Shown here one piece after another: positions 1 through 9,011 of a stretch of 64,000 nucleotides of DNA. A model generated the notes under the pieces. It was given only the letters and a program-made list of their open reading frames with translations, ran no database searches and had not been told where the DNA came from. Position 1 is the first letter of the stretch. Every line of letters begins with the position of its first letter. Origin of the DNA: Flavobacteriales bacterium (GTDB lineage: Bacteria > Bacteroidota > Bacteroidia > Flavobacteriales_D > Sanyastnellaceae); contig DAISXU010000001.1 in the NCBI GenBank assembly GCA_036825655.1, positions 42,331 to 106,330 on the forward strand, written 5' to 3'. The translations under genes were made by a program, and so were the position numbers.

Positions 1-135
1 ATCGACTACGCCAAGGAACGACTGGATGCCTGCATCTTTTTTACACCGCCGGCCCAGTTAATGGAAGGTGTGTACCTGTTGCGCTTGCTCGAAGGAGACC
101 AAATCATCGGCGAAGCGGACATTGAACTTAACTGA
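1..135 (+). CDS. 3' end of a CDS cut by the window edge; the tail resembles a T9SS (Por) C-terminal sorting domain
   Basis: Frame 1 is open from base 1 to the TGA at 133-135. The tail IDYAKERLDACIFFTPPAQLMEGVYLLRLLEGDQIIGEADIELN has the G-x-Y-hydrophobic-R pattern typical of the last strands of Bacteroidota T9SS CTDs. It is too short for a firm call. Confidence 0.35.
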   Translation: MDYAKERLDACIFFTPPAQLMEGVYLLRLLEGDQIIGEADIELN

Positions 136-136
136 T

Positions 137-1009
137 TCACCCAAATCGGTACCCCAAGGCAAAGGCACGTTCACTGAATCCAATGGACTGACGTGCGCCA
201 GAATCGTTACCAGCTCCTTGCAACCGAATCCAAGGAAGGTGCACACCGCCTGATTGAGCGGTCACTTGAAAAAACAGCTTAGGACCAGCGTTGAAACGCG
301 CACCCACTAAGGCGCTAGCTCCATACCCCGAGATGTGCTGACCGTTTTTCGTGCGTTCGTTGGCCCACCTAAAATCGGTGCTGCACACAACAAGCCCGGC
401 GCTGAGGGTGGCAAGGGACTCGATGGAACTTCCAGGAAAACGTTCTGTTTGCCAAAGCGTCGCCGTCCTTTCCAGCCCCACTCGCACGAAATTCATGCCA
501 TCGCTGTGTTCGTAATTGAATCCTTTGCCCCACCAAATTGGATCTCCATTCAATTCCATTGCCTCACCAGCGGGTAAGTCCGTGTAGGAATTGGCCTCCA
601 AGTTTGTCAGCGCAAGGTCCCCCGCGGCTGCCTGGCCTGTCACTGTCAACCATTGATCCGTGAGTTTGTACTTCATGTGATCCCAGCCGATGCTCAGCGC
701 TGTTTGATCCAAAATCTTTCGAGCAACCCTCACGTTGAACTGGGGAATGGTGAACAGGCTGGGATTGAGGTAAACTTTCGCTTGAAAACGCTCCGGCATA
801 TCTGAGGCAGCGGCTTGTTCAAAGACCAAATCAAACGCACCATGTGGTCCTTCACCCCACACGTGAAGATCGGATTTCAAGTAACTCGACCTGTTGTATC
901 CCCAGGATAAATACCAATTGGGGGCCTCTTGGGCTTGCGCCGAACTCATCATGCCACAAACGACCCAAAACACCCGACTACACATTTTCCTCCTGCGTCC
1001 ATGCAACAT
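137..1009 (-). CDS. hypothetical secreted / outer-membrane-like protein
   Basis: 290-aa ORF with an N-terminal signal-like segment (VFWVVCGMMSSAQAQE) and aromatic/Gly-rich alternating segments. I recognise no catalytic motif. The start could be the internal Met at 985. Confidence 0.7.
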   Translation of the reverse strand: MLHGRRRKMCSRVFWVVCGMMSSAQAQEAPNWYLSWGYNRSSYLKSDLHVWGEGPHGAFDLVFEQAAASDMPERFQAKVYLNPSLFTIPQFNVRVARKILDQTALSIGWDHMKYKLTDQWLTVTGQAAAGDLALTNLEANSYTDLPAGEAMELNGDPIWWGKGFNYEHSDGMNFVRVGLERTATLWQTERFPGSSIESLATLSAGLVVCSTDFRWANERTKNGQHISGYGASALVGARFNAGPKLFFQVTAQSGGVHLPWIRLQGAGNDSGARQSIGFSERAFALGYRFG

Positions 1010-1046
1010 GGGCGCAAGTTACAAGGGATGCTGCTTCATTCGCACC

Positions 1047-1481
1047 ATGAAACAAGGGAAGGAAGTGCCCCCCTCCAGCAAGCCGGGAGAGTTGGGGAAA
1101 TGGGGGGAAGCGCTGGCGGCTCGGTACTTGGTGGCAGGCGGATACCAGGTCATCGAACGGAATTGGCGTGCAGGAAGGGCGGAAGTCGATTTAATAGCGG
1201 CTCATCGGCACGAAATGGTATTCATTGAAGTGAAATTGCGCGCTTTCAATGGGCCCACCTCTGGGCTGGATGCAGTCACTCCAGCGAAGCAGAAACGACT
1301 GATTCAAGCGGCTCACAGGTTTTTATGTACGCGCGTTCGCACCAGGTCTCCAGCGAGGTTTGATGTGATCTGCATCCGACACGGGCCCACGGGTTGGAGA
1401 TTGGACCATTGGGTCGATGCTTTTCTGCCCCTTCCGTCCGCTCGAACTTGGCCGTCTCCTAAGTTAAAACCCATGCGCTAA
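1047..1481 (+). CDS. YraN family (UPF0102) endonuclease-like protein
   Basis: GELGKWGEALAARYLVAGGYQVIERNWRAGRAEVDLIAAHRHEMVFIEVKLR matches the YraN/UPF0102 core. I chose the ATG at 1047 because the longer ORF from 894 overlaps the divergent upstream gene. Confidence 0.8.
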   Translation: MKQGKEVPPSSKPGELGKWGEALAARYLVAGGYQVIERNWRAGRAEVDLIAAHRHEMVFIEVKLRAFNGPTSGLDAVTPAKQKRLIQAAHRFLCTRVRTRSPARFDVICIRHGPTGWRLDHWVDAFLPLPSARTWPSPKLKPMR

Positions 1482-1500
1482 CGGCTATCTTTGCTGACAA

Positions 1501-2370
1501 ATGAAGCAACCCACATCATCAGGAGGACGAGGCCGTGGAGGCGGTAAACCATCTGGAAAAGGAAGGTCCACCGTGAAAACTACCCGTACCGGTAAACCAC
1601 GTCCGAAGCCGGCACGTGGTCGCAGTGCGGCAAGCAGCAAGCCCACCGTTCCCAACACCAACGGGCCCATCCGCTTGAATCGGTATTTGGCCTTGTCAGG
1701 GGTTTGTACCCGAAGAGAAGCGGACGTGCTGATTGAATCCGGTGCTGTGCAAGTGAATGGTGAAGTGGTCGTTGCAATGGGCCATAAAGTGAGCAAAAGT
1801 GACGTGGTCAATGTTGGGGGAAACCGCATCAAACCAGAAACCAAGCGCTATGTGATCCTCAACAAACCGAAGGGCTTTAGCGCGACTTCTGAAGACCCCC
1901 GAGGCCGCAGGACTGTCATGGACCTCATCCGGAAAACCTACCGGGAAGGGGTCTTTCCGGTGGGAAAAATGGAGCGGGAAGCAACGGGGTTGTTGTTGCT
2001 CACCAATGACACGACCGTTGCGGACCGCTTGGGCCATCCCCGCCATGGAGTGCGGCAAATTTTTCAACTCTCTCTAGCAGAACGAGTCAACGGAACGCAC
2101 CTCGAAAAGATGCTGGAAGGCTTCGTGTTGGATGAGGGATTTGTTAAGGTGAAAGAAGTCTCCGTTCTCGATGAAGACCGAAAACAAATCGGCCTGGAAA
2201 TCAACTCCAATCGCAGCCGCATTGCGCGCCGCATTTTTGAGCATTTTGGCTACCGGGTAACGAAAGTCGACCGGGTGGTTTTAGGGCACCTCACAAAAAA
2301 AGACCTCCCGCGCGGACACTTCCGGGAGCTCACAGAATCTGAGTTAAACGTATTATGGATGTCGCTGTAA
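1501..2370 (+). CDS. rluB: rRNA pseudouridine synthase, RsuA/RluB family, with an Arg/Gly-rich N-terminal tail
   Basis: S4 domain (IRLNRYLALSGVCTRREADVLIESGAVQVNG) followed by a PseudoU_synth_2 core (YVILNKPKGF, GLLLLTND). The first ~55 aa are RG/K/P-rich and low complexity. Confidence 0.9.
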   Translation: MKQPTSSGGRGRGGGKPSGKGRSTVKTTRTGKPRPKPARGRSAASSKPTVPNTNGPIRLNRYLALSGVCTRREADVLIESGAVQVNGEVVVAMGHKVSKSDVVNVGGNRIKPETKRYVILNKPKGFSATSEDPRGRRTVMDLIRKTYREGVFPVGKMEREATGLLLLTNDTTVADRLGHPRHGVRQIFQLSLAERVNGTHLEKMLEGFVLDEGFVKVKEVSVLDEDRKQIGLEINSNRSRIARRIFEHFGYRVTKVDRVVLGHLTKKDLPRGHFRELTESELNVLWMSL

Positions 2371-3116
2371 ATTCTTCCGGTCTATCCAACGCATTGGTCA
2401 TCATTCCAACCTACAACGAACGAGAGAATATCGTTCGCATGTTGGAGGTTGTCATGGCGCTTGACCCGGCGTTTGATGTATTGATTGTGGACGATGGTTC
2501 ACCTGATGGGACAGCGCAACTGGCCAAAGAGGTACAAAACCAATTCGAAGGCCGAATTCACTTGTTGGAACGAAGTGGCAAGCTCGGGCTCGGCACGGCC
2601 TACATTGCTGGTTTCCGGTGGGCGCTCGAACAGGATTACAGCTACATTTTCGAAATGGACTGTGATTTCTCCCACAACCCCAACGATTTGATTCGATTGA
2701 AATCTGCTTGTGAAGGAGGGGCGGGAGTTGCAGTGGGATCCCGCTATGTAAAAGGCGGAAAGGTGGACAACTGGCCCTGGGGGAGGGTGTTGATGAGTTA
2801 TTTCGCTTCGATTTACGTCAACTCCATTCTTTGGTTGGGTGTACACGACAGCACAGCTGGATACAAATGTTACCGGCGAGAAGTGCTCGCTAAAATCGAT
2901 TTGAATCGAATCCGCTTCATTGGATATGCCTTTCAAATTGAAATGAAATACAATGCGCGACAGCTGGGGTTCAAGATCGTTGAAGTACCCATCACTTTCA
3001 TTGATCGGCAATTTGGTACCAGCAAAATGAGCATGGGGATATTCAAAGAGGCTTTTTTAGGCGTCTTGCAAATGCGGTTTCGACGAGTCCAACCATCACC
3101 CAACAATCCATCTTAA
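2355..3116 (+). CDS. GT2 polyprenol-phosphate mannosyltransferase-like glycosyltransferase
   Basis: VIIPTYNERENI, LIVDDGSPDGT and EMDCDFSH motifs are typical of dolichyl/polyprenyl-phosphate beta-mannosyltransferase-type GT2 enzymes. It overlaps the rluB end by 16 nt. Confidence 0.88.
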   Translation: MDVAVNSSGLSNALVIIPTYNERENIVRMLEVVMALDPAFDVLIVDDGSPDGTAQLAKEVQNQFEGRIHLLERSGKLGLGTAYIAGFRWALEQDYSYIFEMDCDFSHNPNDLIRLKSACEGGAGVAVGSRYVKGGKVDNWPWGRVLMSYFASIYVNSILWLGVHDSTAGYKCYRREVLAKIDLNRIRFIGYAFQIEMKYNARQLGFKIVEVPITFIDRQFGTSKMSMGIFKEAFLGVLQMRFRRVQPSPNNPS

Positions 3117-4462
3117 TGCGGACCCTATTTAAGCAAGCTCTGGTAGTGAATGAGGGCGCAGTAAAGGAGGCAGATGTCCTGGTCAATGGTGCGGTGATCG
3201 AAGCAGTGGGCTCGGACCTGAGCAAACAAAGTGAAAGAGCCCAAGTCATTTCTGCGAAAGGGAAGTGGCTGCTGCCTGGAGCCATCGACGATCAGGTGCA
3301 TTTTCGGGAACCAGGCCTGACTCACAAAGCAGAAATATCTACCGAGTCGGCGGCGGCAGCGGCTGGAGGGATTACATCCTTCATGGAAATGCCTAACACG
3401 GTACCCCAGGCTCTGACCCAACAATTACTTTCAGACAAATACGAACGGGCTGCTGAAGCGAGTGCCGTCAACTACAGCTTCTTCATGGGAGCATCGAATG
3501 AGAACATGGAAGAGGTGTTGAAGACCGACCCTCAACGCGTCTGTGGTGTTAAGGTTTTCATGGGATCTTCAACGGGGAACATGCTCGTAGATAGCCGAAA
3601 GGTGTTGGAGGGGATTTTCAAAGAAAGTCCGACGTTAGTCGCGACCCATTGCGAGGACGAAGCCACCATTCGTGCAAATTTAGCTTGGGCCCAAAAGCAA
3701 TTTGGGGAGAACGTGCCGATGTCCCAACACCCCATCATTCGGAGCGAAGAAGCTTGCTATAAAAGCTCATCCCTCGCTGCTGAACTCGCCGCAAAGCACA
3801 ACACCCAGTTGCACATATTGCACATATCCACTGCCAAGGAATTGTCCTTGTTTCGGAATGACTTGCCTTTAGAAGAAAAACGAATCACTGCGGAAGCCTG
3901 CGTCCACCACCTGTGGTTTACGGATGCCGATTACGAGCAGAAAGGATCGTTCATCAAGTGGAATCCAGCGGTGAAGCAGGCCGCTGATCGGGAGGCCCTT
4001 CGCGCGGCGTTGCTGGACAACACAATCGATGTTGTTGCCACTGACCATGCTCCGCATACACTCGAAGAAAAAAATCAAGGATACTTCAAGGCTCCGTCTG
4101 GCGGACCGTTGGTGCAACACGCCCTGCTCGCTATGTTGGAAATGGTACGCGAAGGTTGGATTGGTGTTGAGCGCGTAGTGGAACTCATGGCACATCGCCC
4201 TTCGAGGCTGTTTCGCATCCCCAACCGAGGATACATACGGCCGGGGTATGCGGCTGATTTGGTTTTAGTCGATCCGCAAGCACAAACCCAAGTGACGCGT
4301 GCGGGGCTGCTTTATAAATGCGGATGGTCACCGTTTGAAGGGACCCAATTCAACAGCAAAATCGAGGGAACATGGGTCAATGGAGTCCATGTTTGGGATG
4401 GGCAGCGAATCCTCACCCACGACGGTGCACATGCCGGCGAACGATTGGCCTTCAACCGATGA
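3116..4462 (+). CDS. pyrC: dihydroorotase (long, multifunctional-complex type)
   Basis: 448 aa. It has the amidohydrolase metal-ligand motifs DDQVHFREPG and VATDHAPH, and overall dihydroorotase/allantoinase-class architecture. Confidence 0.9.
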   Translation: MRTLFKQALVVNEGAVKEADVLVNGAVIEAVGSDLSKQSERAQVISAKGKWLLPGAIDDQVHFREPGLTHKAEISTESAAAAAGGITSFMEMPNTVPQALTQQLLSDKYERAAEASAVNYSFFMGASNENMEEVLKTDPQRVCGVKVFMGSSTGNMLVDSRKVLEGIFKESPTLVATHCEDEATIRANLAWAQKQFGENVPMSQHPIIRSEEACYKSSSLAAELAAKHNTQLHILHISTAKELSLFRNDLPLEEKRITAEACVHHLWFTDADYEQKGSFIKWNPAVKQAADREALRAALLDNTIDVVATDHAPHTLEEKNQGYFKAPSGGPLVQHALLAMLEMVREGWIGVERVVELMAHRPSRLFRIPNRGYIRPGYAADLVLVDPQAQTQVTRAGLLYKCGWSPFEGTQFNSKIEGTWVNGVHVWDGQRILTHDGAHAGERLAFNR

Positions 4463-4830
4463 AACCCTGGCTTCAGGTATGGGGAATTGCGGTGATTTTA
4501 GGGTGCGGATCGCCAACTGAAGCACCGCCAACGGGTGTGCTGGATGAGCAAGCATTCGTGGACATCATGACGGAAATTCAGCTGCTCGAAGGCAGTTCCA
4601 AAAAGCGACTGCACCGCGAGGACGATGAGGAGGCCATTTACCGCGGTCAGTACCTGGCTATTTTCGAGGCCTATGGAATCAGCGAGGAAACATTCAGAAT
4701 AAGCCACGCCTGGTGGTTTGATCACCCAGAAATGTTACCGGGTGTGTACGATCAAATCGTCGAACAGCTCAACGAATGGGAGCGGGAATGGGGCGCACTT
4801 GAACATCAAACTTCCCGGTCGAGGCAGTAA
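4459..4830 (+). CDS. DUF4296-like lipoprotein
   Basis: The ATG at 4459 overlaps the pyrC stop (ATGA). It has a lipoprotein signal (GIAVILGCGSP). The motif VLDEQAFVDIMTEIQLLEG resembles Bacteroidota DUF4296 proteins usually found next to pyrC; the family name is from memory. Confidence 0.65.
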   Translation: MKPWLQVWGIAVILGCGSPTEAPPTGVLDEQAFVDIMTEIQLLEGSSKKRLHREDDEEAIYRGQYLAIFEAYGISEETFRISHAWWFDHPEMLPGVYDQIVEQLNEWEREWGALEHQTSRSRQ

Positions 4831-5849
4831 TGAGATGTGGCGATGCGAACGGTTTCGTCCAATGGTGTGAATTGCCACCCCTCCTTTCCGGTCAATTGTA
4901 GCCACTTTTCTGCACTGTAGTGGTGGTTTTTGCGCGATGTGCGCAGGGCCTCTTTGGTGACAAAGGCCGGTTTCCCTGTGACCATCTCCCAGAAACGTGC
5001 CACCCTCCAAGCGATTTCTCCAACCCATTTTCTGACCGGCCATTGGGGGTGATTCACACCCAGGTGATCAGCCATCGAGCACAGCACTTCATGGTAACTC
5101 GCATGAAAACCACACAGCACAAATCGCTCCCCAAAACACGCCTCTTGGGTAACCCTCCAAGCTGCGCGGGCCACGTCTTGGGCAGCAACAAAACCGTTGC
5201 TTCCAGGTGGGTAAAATCTCAGGCTCTTGGCCACCTGGGTGAGCAGCGCGGCACTGCTTCGTGAATAATCCCCGGGTCCGATGACAATGACCGGATTCAG
5301 GGCCACTACCCGCAAACCCTCCTCTTGACCGCGCCACATCTCCAACTCCGCGAGGTATTTGCTTTTCGCATAGGCAGAAACGTCTGGGCCATCTTCGAAA
5401 ACAGAATCTTCAGTCACTTCCGGCTCATCTGGTTTTCTACCCAAAGCAGCAACCGATGAAATGTAAATCAAGTCCTTAACGCCCACCGCAAGCATGGCGT
5501 TGACCACGTTGGCAGTGCCTTCTCGGTTGACTTCCATCATTTGGGCTTCATCACGCCGATTGAACGATACAACCGCAGCCGCATGGATCACACGTTCAGC
5601 CCCTGCAAAGGCCTCCTCTAGCGAAATGCCATCTGTGATGTCGCCCACGGCCCATTCGATCCGCTCAAAAGCATCCACATCATCGGGCATTGACCAACGC
5701 AAAAAATCCCTCAACCGCCTGCGGTCAGCTTGGGGCCTGGCCAGCAAGCGAACAGGTTCCCCAACTGACAGCCACTCCCGTACCAAATGCATGCCAATGG
5801 ACCCCGTTCCTCCCGTAATCACGTTCATGCCACTAAGGTAATCCCGCAT
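4806..5849 (-). CDS. NAD-dependent epimerase/dehydratase family (extended SDR) protein
   Basis: It has an N-terminal Rossmann motif (ITGGTGSIGMHL) and the catalytic YxxxK (YAKSKYLAE). Its 3' end overlaps the convergent DUF4296 gene by 25 nt. Confidence 0.88.
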   Translation of the reverse strand: MRDYLSGMNVITGGTGSIGMHLVREWLSVGEPVRLLARPQADRRRLRDFLRWSMPDDVDAFERIEWAVGDITDGISLEEAFAGAERVIHAAAVVSFNRRDEAQMMEVNREGTANVVNAMLAVGVKDLIYISSVAALGRKPDEPEVTEDSVFEDGPDVSAYAKSKYLAELEMWRGQEEGLRVVALNPVIVIGPGDYSRSSAALLTQVAKSLRFYPPGSNGFVAAQDVARAAWRVTQEACFGERFVLCGFHASYHEVLCSMADHLGVNHPQWPVRKWVGEIAWRVARFWEMVTGKPAFVTKEALRTSRKNHHYSAEKWLQLTGKEGWQFTPLDETVRIATSHYCLDREV

Positions 5850-5878
5850 TAGCGAAGTATTTTGTGCCGCGTAACGCC

Positions 5879-7675
5879 ATGAAGAAAACCGAGCACATCC
5901 AAGGCATCCTCAATCGAATTCCGCTTCTTCCTGGCGTTTATCAGCATTTCGATGCCACGGGCCGGCTTCTCTATGTTGGCAAAGCGAAAGAGCTAAAAAA
6001 ACGTGTGGCCAGCTATTTTACAAAACAGGCCTTTGATCATGGAAAAACCCGGCTTTTGGTTTCCAAAATTGCTGACATCAAATGGCTCGTAACCCCAACT
6101 GAAGCGGATGCCTTGCTGCTTGAAAACAGCCTGATCAAGGAGCACAAGCCCTTTTATAACATCCAATTGAAAGACGATAAAACGTACCCGTACATCGTCA
6201 TCAAAAAAGAGCCATTCCCACGGGTTTTTGCTACACGCAATGTTCTGCGGGATGGAAGCGAATATTTTGGTCCTTACCCCAGTGCAAAATCCATGCATGT
6301 TGTGCTGGAGTTGTGCCGAAAATTGTATCCCATTCGCACCTGCGCATTGGCGTTGACTTCCACCAATGTGCATGAAGGGAAGTTCAGGGAGTGCTTGGAG
6401 TTTCACATTGGAAATTGCCTAGCTCCATGCGTGGGCAGGCAACCTGAAGACGATTATGAAACCAGCGTTTCGGCCATCCGGCACATCCTTCGCGGTGATT
6501 TGCGATCGGTCGAACAATTGCTCAAAGAGCGCATCGAGGTGGCCGCCTCTGCATTTGCATTTGAAGAGGCTGCAGGTTTGAAGAGCCGATTGGATTTGGT
6601 CCAGAAATTCCAAGCGAAAAACACAGTAGTTCACCCGTCCATTCACGATGTCGAGGTGTTTACATTGGTCAGCGACAGCCGATCGAGCTATGTTAACTTC
6701 CTGAAAATCAACAATGGCTCCATTGTTCAAGGCCAAACAACAGAAGTACGTAAACGACTAGATGAAACCGACGCGGAGGTGCTCGCTGCTGCGATTCCCC
6801 TGCTCCGAGATCGCTTCAATAGCCAATCCTCACTGGTCCTCACCCAACACGCGATTGAGCTTCCCGATGTCCAAATTCATGTGCCCCAAAGGGGAGATAA
6901 AAAGCGGCTCATTGAGCTCTCCGAGCGCAATGCCACTTACTTCATGCGGGATCGGCAAAAGCAGCTGGAACAAATAGACCCAGAGGCATCAACACAACGT
7001 TTGCTAGAAACTGCAGCCTCGGACTTAAGGCTCACCGAGTTGCCACGGCACATTGAGTGCTTCGATAACTCCAACATCCAAGGTGCAAGCCCCGCATCCG
7101 CCTGCGTGGTCTTTAAAAACGGCAAGCCTGCGAAGTCTGATTACCGAAAATTCAACATCAAAACTGTTGTAGGCCCTGATGATTTTGCCTCCATGCGGGA
7201 GGTGGTTTACCGCAGGTACCAGCGGCTGCAATCACAGGGTGAGCCCTTCCCTCAATTGATCATCATTGATGGGGGGAAAGGCCAACTTTCGCACGCCGTT
7301 GAAGCCCTCGAAGAGCTTGGGCTGATGGGGCAGATTGCCATCATTGGAATTGCGAAACGCCTCGAGGAAATCTTTTTCCCAGGAGATTCAGTGCCCTTGT
7401 ACATCGACAAGCGATCAACCACACTCAAGCTGATTCAACACCTCCGAAATGAAGCGCACCGCTTTTCCCTTTCGCATCACCGAGACCGCAGAAGCAAGGA
7501 AGCCCTGAAGTCTGTTTTGGACGAAATACCCGGCGTGGGGCCTGCAACGCGTCTGAAATTGCTCACGCATTTTGGCAGTGCAGATGCCGTTAAACGGGCG
7601 AGTGAAGCGGAATTGAAGCACGTCGTCAACGGAAAAACGGCCCAGGCCATCCGCGCCCACTTCAGAGAGCATTAA
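5879..7675 (+). CDS. uvrC: excinuclease ABC subunit C
   Basis: GIY-YIG domain (GVYQHFDATGRLLYVGKAKELKKRV), UVR domain, RNase H-like endonuclease region and C-terminal HhH. I preferred the ATG at 5879 over the GTG at 5864 because a TATTTTG box lies just upstream. Confidence 0.95.
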   Translation: MKKTEHIQGILNRIPLLPGVYQHFDATGRLLYVGKAKELKKRVASYFTKQAFDHGKTRLLVSKIADIKWLVTPTEADALLLENSLIKEHKPFYNIQLKDDKTYPYIVIKKEPFPRVFATRNVLRDGSEYFGPYPSAKSMHVVLELCRKLYPIRTCALALTSTNVHEGKFRECLEFHIGNCLAPCVGRQPEDDYETSVSAIRHILRGDLRSVEQLLKERIEVAASAFAFEEAAGLKSRLDLVQKFQAKNTVVHPSIHDVEVFTLVSDSRSSYVNFLKINNGSIVQGQTTEVRKRLDETDAEVLAAAIPLLRDRFNSQSSLVLTQHAIELPDVQIHVPQRGDKKRLIELSERNATYFMRDRQKQLEQIDPEASTQRLLETAASDLRLTELPRHIECFDNSNIQGASPASACVVFKNGKPAKSDYRKFNIKTVVGPDDFASMREVVYRRYQRLQSQGEPFPQLIIIDGGKGQLSHAVEALEELGLMGQIAIIGIAKRLEEIFFPGDSVPLYIDKRSTTLKLIQHLRNEAHRFSLSHHRDRRSKEALKSVLDEIPGVGPATRLKLLTHFGSADAVKRASEAELKHVVNGKTAQAIRAHFREH

Positions 7676-8067
7676 GGAAGAAAACGCGCTTTGGTCTTTG
7701 CGGTGGGAAGGAAACATGAACTTCCAAAAATGGACTTGCGACTTCTGCTGATCATTCCATAGAATGGATTCAGTAAAGCTGGCCAAATCAAGAGGAGAAC
7801 CCCACTCATCAGCGGCTTCAAGTGCGGTGATAAGGCCCTGACCGCTTCCATTCGAACACGTGTTTTACCTGATTCTTGCAGCAGAACCACGGTAGCTAAC
7901 GGTGGCGTGCGCAAACCCTCAGGAAGGTGGGCACCAGAAGTTGTTCCTTGCAGCGGCGCAAAACGAAGCGGAGAATCATCACGCAACCAACGCAGCACCC
8001 AAGCAACGGTATGGCTGCACAAACCGCAAGCCCCGTCATAAAACAAGACGGGTTCACTCAAGGCCAT
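7672..8067 (-). CDS. thiol-disulfide oxidoreductase DCC family (DUF393) protein
   Basis: The N-terminal motif VLFYDGACGLCSHTV is the DCC signature. Its stop codon shares the TTAA at 7672-7675 with the convergent uvrC stop. Confidence 0.8.
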   Translation of the reverse strand: MALSEPVLFYDGACGLCSHTVAWVLRWLRDDSPLRFAPLQGTTSGAHLPEGLRTPPLATVVLLQESGKTRVRMEAVRALSPHLKPLMSGVLLLIWPALLNPFYGMISRSRKSIFGSSCFLPTAKTKARFLP

Positions 8068-9011
8068 TGAAAGTGTGCCAGCCGCATACCAGCAGTCAAT
8101 TGGCGGTATTCCGCATCGATGGAATCGACGATATCTGCAGCAGGCAGAATCCCATCAAGGAGTGCCGAAACCTGGCCGATTTCCAATTCACCATCCTCCA
8201 AATTTCCTTCGAACATGCCGCGCTTGGCTCGTCCCCTTCCAAGCAATTCCGCCAAATGTTCGACAGTGGCATGACCCGCCTCGGCAGACCAAACCTCTTC
8301 GGCGAATCGATTCCGCAACAAGCGCACGGGTGTCAAGGCTTTTAAGCTCAACCGCGTCGCTCCTTCTTGCGCAGCAATTACGGCCTCCTTGAATGCCAAA
8401 TGTGCGGACGATTCTTGAGACGCAACAAAGCGTGAACCAATCTGAACGGCTTCTGCACCCAAAGCGAAGGCCGCCAAAGTGGTGCGTCCATCGTGAATTC
8501 CACCTGCCGCAATGACTGGAATTGAACACGCACCCGAAACAGCTGGAACCAAGCACAAAGTGGTGGTTTCCTCGCGGCCATTGTGGCCCCCGGCCTCAAA
8601 CCCCTCAGCAACGACTGCATCCACACCCGCAGCTTCTGCTTTCAGTGCAAATTTCACAGATGACACTACATGGGCAACTCGAATGCCCTTCGATTGCAGG
8701 CGGGTCGTCCAAGTGGATGGATTTCCCGCGCTGGTAAAAACAACTGGGACTCCAAGTTCTTCAATGGTGGCCATGTGTTCCTCGATGGAGGGGTAAATCA
8801 GCGGAACATTCACGGCAAATGGCCGATCCGTAGCCTGTTGGCATCGCTGGATTTGGTCTCGCAACACCTCCGGATACATGGAGCCTGCGCCCAAAATTCC
8901 CAAACCTCCCGCATTCGAAACAGCGCTGGCCAATTCCCACCCAGAGCACCAAATCATGCCGGCTTGGATGATCGGTCGATCGATGCCAAACAGTTCACAA
9001 ATTCGATTCAT
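8058..9011 (-). CDS. nitronate monooxygenase / FabK-like NAD(P)H-dependent flavin oxidoreductase
   Basis: 317 aa TIM-barrel NMO family protein: PIIQAGMIWCSGWELASAVSNAGGLGILGAG, EAGGH and PVIAAGGIHDG motifs. Confidence 0.88.
   Translation of the reverse strand: MNRICELFGIDRPIIQAGMIWCSGWELASAVSNAGGLGILGAGSMYPEVLRDQIQRCQQATDRPFAVNVPLIYPSIEEHMATIEELGVPVVFTSAGNPSTWTTRLQSKGIRVAHVVSSVKFALKAEAAGVDAVVAEGFEAGGHNGREETTTLCLVPAVSGACSIPVIAAGGIHDGRTTLAAFALGAEAVQIGSRFVASQESSAHLAFKEAVIAAQEGATRLSLKALTPVRLLRNRFAEEVWSAEAGHATVEHLAELLGRGRAKRGMFEGNLEDGELEIGQVSALLDGILPAADIVDSIDAEYRQLTAGMRLAHFQWP

Noticed and set aside
894-1046. N-terminal 51-codon extension of the YraN ORF
   Set aside because: It overlaps the 5' end of the divergent gene at 137-1009 and adds non-homologous sequence. 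The ATG at 1047 gives a normal-length YraN protein.
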